A DNA stretch of 24,980 bases. Source: Macrostomum lignano. Lineage: Eukaryota. Shown here one piece after another: positions 18,974 to 24,980 of the stretch. How positions within the stretch are numbered: the stretch's first letter is position 1; the number at the start of each line of letters is the position of its first letter. The stretch spans positions 1 to 24,980 of the forward strand of contig NIVC01002887.1 in the NCBI GenBank assembly GCA_002269645.1, given 5' to 3'. Both the position numbers and the translations under genes were made by a program. A model generated the notes under the pieces. It did no database searches and was not told where the DNA came from. It was given only the letters and a program-made list of their open reading frames with translations.

Positions 18974-21018
18974 TCTAAGAGATTTAGTATATTATGATGA
19001 TTTACAAAATTTATGCACACAAGCACTCACTCACACACAAAGCAAAGTGAATGTGGCATCCCCGCGGCTTGCTTTTTAACATTCAACTTCGGACCACCAC
19101 TTGCATGTGTATATGTGATTGCTTGCATGCGTAAATTCTGCAAATATAATGCTATATTTGTGACAACCTTGTGTTAAAATTATGTCAACATTGGTTGAAA
19201 TATCTTTCTTTTTTTAAATGAAGGATAAAAAATTATCCAATGTATTTTGAAAAGTGCAAAGTTACTAAGGGCAAATGCATTGCCCTCGGGTAATAAGGGC
19301 AAGGACAAAGAGACAGATCCCCTGTATTTCTCTGCAAATTGTCAAAACTCTGTTTTATTAAATACTACACAACTCTGTTTTGCTCTATAAAAAGGAATCA
19401 GAAAATATTCTGACAGACCAACTTGTTCTTGGTGTTGCAACTTGCAATTTTTGCTGATGCAAAACTTTTTGCTTTTGCTTTTGCTTTTGCCTATCCAAGT
19501 TTTAAAAATAGCATATTCATCAATGCCTTATTTCTTAGTCATTCTGCCCCTTGTCCCTAGGAAACATCCTGTCTAATAGGGGCATGTTGCCTCTTCCCTT
19601 CTCCTCAAGGCATATAGGCCTGAATAAGGCATCTTGCCTATCTTCCCCCCCCCCTCAGATGTGCTGTCTTCCTAGGTGTTTTGCTTATCCCCAGATATAC
19701 TGTCTCCCTAGGTGTCTTGCCTTATCCCCATAGATGTTCTGCTGTCTCCAAGGCTAGGCATCTTTCCTAACCTTAGACCTCTATCCATAAGGCATTTTGT
19801 CTCTTTCCCAATTCCCTATTGTTGTGACTGTGTTACTGTTTAGTGTACAAAGTGTATGAAGCATGCGTGATTGCTAAGTCATACAACCATTAGATTCGCT
19901 CTGTTAGGTCAGGTTGTACCTGCGTTTTCCCACTCTCTCATCAATGTACAGCTAGAACCTGCTAAGGCCAATGAGGATTGAGGAGGCCCTAAAGGCCAGG
20001 AAATAATACAGTAGGCCTATGCTTTGTTCCCAAATGGGGGCAAGTATTGTTTCTTTGGAGACATAGGTCAAAGAACCTGGCTCTCTTCCAAGTCTTAATT
20101 TTGTGCCCAGCACAGTTGGAATACCTATTAGACATTCTGCCCTTACTGCTAAAATTCCCCAAGAAAAGTGTCCCTTTGTAAGAGATTTTAGTGGCATGAT
20201 GGGCATCACAATTTGCTATTTGCTTATTGCCTATTAGTATCAATAAATATTTTTAAATTACTACACAACAGAAGTTTTAAAAGGGGATTGAAAAAGATAA
20301 AATGGTTCAATCTAAATAGTAAGGAATCGAATCATAAAAAGAAGACCTAGCCAAACCAACTTATTCCATAGAATTAAACAAACACAAAGGCTCTCTGCCA
20401 ACCCCCTCCATTTTATCGATTGGTTTGGGATAGAGGGAGGGGGTTGCATTCTGCTGCGTACACAATAACCCCTCTTTTTTGACTTGGGGCTATAGAGTTT
20501 TTTGTCCTACTCGTGTATAGGGTCATTAAACCTATTGATCACACTCATGGCCTATCCAATAGTGATTGACTTATTAGAGATAGAGGCAAGGAAAATGAAG
20601 GAAAGTCTAGAAAGATCAACCCTGCAGTCTACTAGACTTAGTGGTTTTGAAGAGTTGAAATGCCTTTGGCTTTCAGCTTAGGCCTAATTAAAATTAAGTG
20701 GACCTAGACTGCATGGGATACAGTGCATGATTTTGCTTTGATTTTAGCTCTTGCTCTTTAATTTCTTATTCTAAAAGTGATAAAAAAAACTGTCAGCAAC
20801 CAACTCTCAATGCATTTTGGTGAGTTTTTTTTTATAAAATAAATGTGATTTATATTAGTAGTTATAGCTTATTAAAATTAAATACCATTTCTCACCTAAT
20901 TTGGTCCTACAAATAGTCGATATAGTTCTAAATAAAGATACAAACTCTAGGAGTCTCAGGTTCTATACTATAGCTAAAATTTTCTTTGCATTCCAACTAG
21001 AGGAATAGAATAATAGAA

Positions 21019-21715
21019 CAGCATACATTGTGCAATATCTAGCCAAGCCGGACAATTGGGCCAGCTAATAAGGGGTCCACCAAATAAGTTGCAAAAATGC
21101 CCAGCTGAAAATCTGCATGTATTTCTAATTAGATGACGAGGCATTTAGTATTAATAATACATTTATAGTTACTCATGCTGCTTACCCAAAATTACGTAAA
21201 TTTTGCTTAGGTTTCTTTTATAAGTAGGCCTAAGTTGCATGGCCACTTGGTTGGTGAAATCAGGGGGTTGCATATGCAGAGGAGCCATTTTTCTAAATAG
21301 GGCCTAGTCAATTTCAAGTTACCAAACTTAAAGAATGTGACAATATAAATATGATAGTAGATAGTAGATAGTAGAAAGATACATCATATTTATATTATCA
21401 TATTCTTTAAGTTTGGTAACTTGAAATTGACTAGGCCCTATTTAGAAAAATGGCTCCTCTGCATATGCAACCCCCTGATTTCACCGACCAAGTGGCCATG
21501 CAACTTAGGCTGCCTACTTATAAAATTACATAAATTTACATAATTTTGGGTAAACAGCATGAGTAACTATAAATGTATTATTAATACTAAATGCCTCGTC
21601 ATCTAATTAGAAATACAAGCAGATTTTCAGCTGGGTATTTTTGCAACTTACTTGGTGGACCCTTATTAGCTGGCCCAATTGTCTAGCTTGGCTAGATATT
21701 GCGCAATGTATGCTG
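21019..21715. mobile_element. Foldback-type MITE with ~335-bp arms and CAG...CTG termini
   Basis: 21019-21355 pairs almost continuously with 21383-21715. The 27-nt spacer is mostly an (AGTAGAT) repeat. The right end is followed by TA and the left end is preceded by AA. Confidence 0.9.
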
Positions 21716-22854
21716 TATCTCTATATTAATAGAGATAGATGGCATATTTCTGTACAATGCCATCATTGTATTTTCATTTTTTTAAAGATCTAAAAGATAA
21801 AGCAATGTTTGTCAGTTTGTATGTATTCATCTTGCAACTTCTTATAATATCTGCTACCTTTTGTCATTGATATATAATCTAAGTATCTAGTCTAATTTAA
21901 TAAGCCTAGATAGGGCCTAGGCCTAGTTTAGATAAATATCTGTGGCTTTTTATTTTTAGAACTAGATTTATTTTTTTTGGACCAAATTAAGTAGTAGGCC
22001 TAAATACTATAATAAATAGCTTTAAATATTTTATGATATTAGATACTTCAAATCTAATATCTTATAATTAATGATAATTTAATAATTATTTGACAATAAT
22101 TTAATCAATATAAACATGAAATATTATAATCATTGTTTTGACTCATTTTATATTTTATCAGCTTATATTAAAGCCCATTAATGGCTATATTATAATAAAG
22201 TTCTCAAAAACAAAGTCTATCAACATGCTAAACATGATATATTATCTATAGTTAGGATCCTATATTAGTGTACCTCAGGTTTAATGCCAGAAAAAATGAC
22301 AAAAAATTGTCATTTGACATAATATATCTGCTGTATCATATATTCGGGGATATACCCTGATGTTAATGTATACTAAAAATGGTAAGACTTGTTTTATGCT
22401 GGGGAATCTTAGCATACATTTTGCCTTCCAAACTATGGTATACTATATATGCCAAAGGCACTAAGCTTTGTATACTTTGCAAGCCAAGCATACATGCACA
22501 ATCCCACTGATTTATACTGGCTATGCAACTTACTTTTTGACAAAAAATGCAATTTACCCATAAAAGAAACCATTAAGCAAAAATTAAATGTGAATTTTGG
22601 TAAATAGCAGGAGTAACTATGACTTGTAATGCTACTCTGGCCAGTGCTAGCTTGTACATTGTATTAGCAACTAGCAAGTACATGTCACTACCCAACTTAT
22701 GTATGTATGGCACGCGGCTCTTGTGCACATTGCAATCAGATTGCTTCCAAATATATAAATATTGTCTCACCCTACTTGGAGGGTTAAGACCTTTTTCTCG
22801 CATGCCACAAATACTGTCTGATTCCGGAGTCATTACATGACTGTCTTATTAAGG

Positions 22855-22985
22855 CTAAATGCATCATCATCTAGTTAGTATTATATCTATTCTTTTGGGT
22901 AGGCATTTTTGCAATTTACACCTAGTCTACCACTATTTATGGTGGCTAGATTGGCTAGGTTGGCTAGCAGTTGTGTATGTATGAG
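22855..22985. mobile_element. Degenerate right-arm relative of the 21019-21715 element
   Basis: aaatgcatcatcatctagttag resembles aaatgcctcgtcatctaattag (~21590), and gcatttttgcaatttac and ttggctag....tgtatg resemble the right terminus. Confidence 0.5.
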
Positions 22986-23229
22986 GCCAAGCACATTAAG
23001 TATCATTTATTATGCACTAAGGATACCAAGTAGCACTTGCTTTATATGCTAAGCATTATACACTTTATGTACCAAGTCTTTAAGAGTTTCATGACTGACT
23101 TTGAAATTGTTGAAACTTTAATCAAATTAATAATGTTAGGCTAATAACTTATAGTAATATTATAACTATATCATTCCTTTAAATTAAATGAGTACTGGCA
23201 TATGATCACTGGCATATGATCACTGGCAT

Positions 23230-23440
23230 AAGCCAAGGTAAGTAGTCACTAAAATGCCTATCCAAAATATACATAGTATTAATTAGATGACGAGGCATTT
23301 TCCCTAAAAATTAGTCATAGTTATACTCTTGCCGTCTACCCAAAATTACGTTTATTTTCTTCTTCTTTTATAGGTAAGTCACATGGTCAAAAGTATGTTG
23401 CATAGCTGATGTATAGGAGGGAGGGTTGCGCATGTATAAG
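23230..23440. mobile_element. Diverged left-arm relative of the 21019-21715 element; probable 3' terminal region of the adjacent transposase element
   Basis: Exact shared blocks taattagatgacgaggcattt and tacccaaaattacgt, plus tctttata.gt, gttgcat and gggttgc..atg in the same order as in 21127-21280. Confidence 0.7.
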
Positions 23441-23599
23441 TATCAAAATCCTAAAAGTATAATACTTTGCAAGATAGAGTAATATAATCCAAAATAGGAA
23501 ATAACACAGGAGTGCCAGAAAATAAGCATAGAAGTTGTCATAAAAAGGGTCTTCACTGCCATCAGTTTTTTCAATATGGTGCACCTCTTGTGCATAATA

Positions 23600-24900
23600 T
23601 GGCATCCTACTCTTGGTTAAAATCTGACCCCTCTTATTTTTTCTCCGAGATCTGCAAGTAGTTCTTAGGTGAAAAAGCTGCCATCATTTTTCATCTCAGA
23701 GAGAGGCCTTCCATTTTGGTAATGGTTAGGACCTGTATTAGAATCAAGATCATACTTCTCAATTCAATGCCATGTTTCTGAAGATTTCTGGGGAATTATC
23801 ATCAGTATACTAAGGTGATTTTCATAAGTTCTTAACAAAAGAAAGGCAACACAGTTTTTTATGAGCCTGCTTGTGTAGTAATTATTGCAACATTTGTCAA
23901 AATAGCTTTGAACAAGTGCAATAGGTGTGTCAATGATGTGCACAATGTCAGTTTCAGCATGGTATATTAGTCCTTTCAAGTCCATTTGTAGCAATTGTGA
24001 CAACGGTGCAATTGCACCATGGTGATGTTGATGACATTGGTGACTTGTCAGGTATATTGTGTCTTTAGACTCTACCAGTATTTGACGAGCACCAGTCACC
24101 TACAACTGGAAGCTGATATCTATAGTCGAGTCTGGGCAGCTGTCTGGCTTAAGGATCAAGCTGCATATCCTGCTCTGGCTACCTGGAAACTGGTCATATC
24201 GGTCGATGGACAGTTTGTTGGTGAAGACAGCAAGTGAGTTGTCATATGCACACCAAAAGTGCTGCCGCTTGATGCTTGGAACTTGAAATGAAGACAGAGA
24301 CTCAGTCATGAGTTCTGCCAGATCTCTTAACAAAAACACTCACCTCTGGCTGTGAACATCTTATCTACTCAATCGTTAAGCATAAGCAGTTCCAGAATCT
24401 TCTTTTTTGAGATGCAGTAGGTCTCACTCAATCTTACACACTCATCTGCACTATTAACTGCTGCATTCTGACAATCACTCTGCCTCACCTTAACTAGCTT
24501 CCAAACAAACCGTTTCAGTGTGCCTCCGGCTCCATCGATCGCGCCCTTACCGTGAGACGTGGCAAAAAAGAGTTCAATGCCAGCCTCTTCAGATTGAACT
24601 TGACACGAGTGACTGCGAGTTACCTTTGGCGAATCAGTTCTTGAATTGAGAAGCAGGCTCGTCACTCCTTGAAGTGAATCGTCATACCAGTCTTGTTAAA
24701 AGCAGCGCTGAATTTTTTAACATTCTATTGTCTAAATTGTCCGTGTCAATTAAATTTAGGAATAATATCCTTGCAAGTTTTTTCTTAAGAGTAAAATGAG
24801 TCAGTGCTCGGACTCAAATCTGTGATCGTGTTCACTCGCGGTTGTTTATTTACTTGTACAGTATCATTTTTAACTCTTTGTATCACTAGCTACTGCTACC
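23600..24900 (-). pseudogene. Degenerate DDE/D-type DNA transposase (HGKGxxDG family; superfamily not firmly assigned, possibly Sola-type)
   Basis: SD(E)PASQFKN* at 24666-24637 matches the SDGxxxQ(F/Y)KN motif. In another frame FFATSHGKGAIDGAGGTLKR lies at ~24570-24510, and VPSIKRQHF (like IPGT...HxF) lies further downstream. Stops and frameshifts occur throughout. Confidence 0.75.
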
Positions 24901-24980
24901 ATAAATATTGGTAGAATAACCGATCCAGCAATACTGCGCCAGCTAGGTTTGTTTAGGGCTAACTATTCTGTCTATTTGAA

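Noticed and set aside
19550-19770. Weak ~33-bp periodicity (cagat..ctgtct.cctaggtgt.ttgc.ttatcccc)
   Set aside because: Only 2-3 very degenerate copies; not enough to define a feature.
22573-22840. Opposing ORFs 22573..22833 and 22619..22840
   Set aside because: Short and AT-rich with no motif; they might be decayed transposon interior, but this is unsupported.

Overview
Eukaryotic (invertebrate-like) genomic DNA, not prokaryotic. GC-rich coding exons sit in AT-rich, repeat-dense intergenic DNA. A free-living flatworm such as Macrostomum is my guess from composition and gene style only; the sequence cannot prove it. Two protein genes are recognisable. (1) The 3' part of a plus-strand, stand-alone lysine-ketoglutarate reductase / saccharopine dehydrogenase-like gene (exons ~287-453 and ~1109-1649). 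Its motifs look bacterial (Bacteroidota-type) rather than like animal AASS, yet it has a GT-AG intron holding a (TCTG)n tract, and it carries many single-base frameshifts. (2) A near-complete two-exon SID-1/SIDT family membrane protein gene on the minus strand (11858-10901, 9006-7636), whose ~1.9 kb intron is almost entirely a 20-bp minisatellite. Mobile DNA includes an internally deleted Crypton-like tyrosine recombinase element (~12.7-13.8 kb), a degenerate DDE-type transposase (~23.6-24.9 kb, minus), a related 700-bp foldback MITE (21019-21715), a TA-flanked MITE (5702-6542) nested in another palindromic element, and further palindromes. The octamer CCATAGAC/GTCTATGG occurs 15 times and links the Crypton-like element to the palindromic elements. 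Most ORFs in the supplied track are repeat or antisense artefacts. No rRNA, tRNA or CRISPR array was found. All family assignments come from motif recognition by eye, without database searches.
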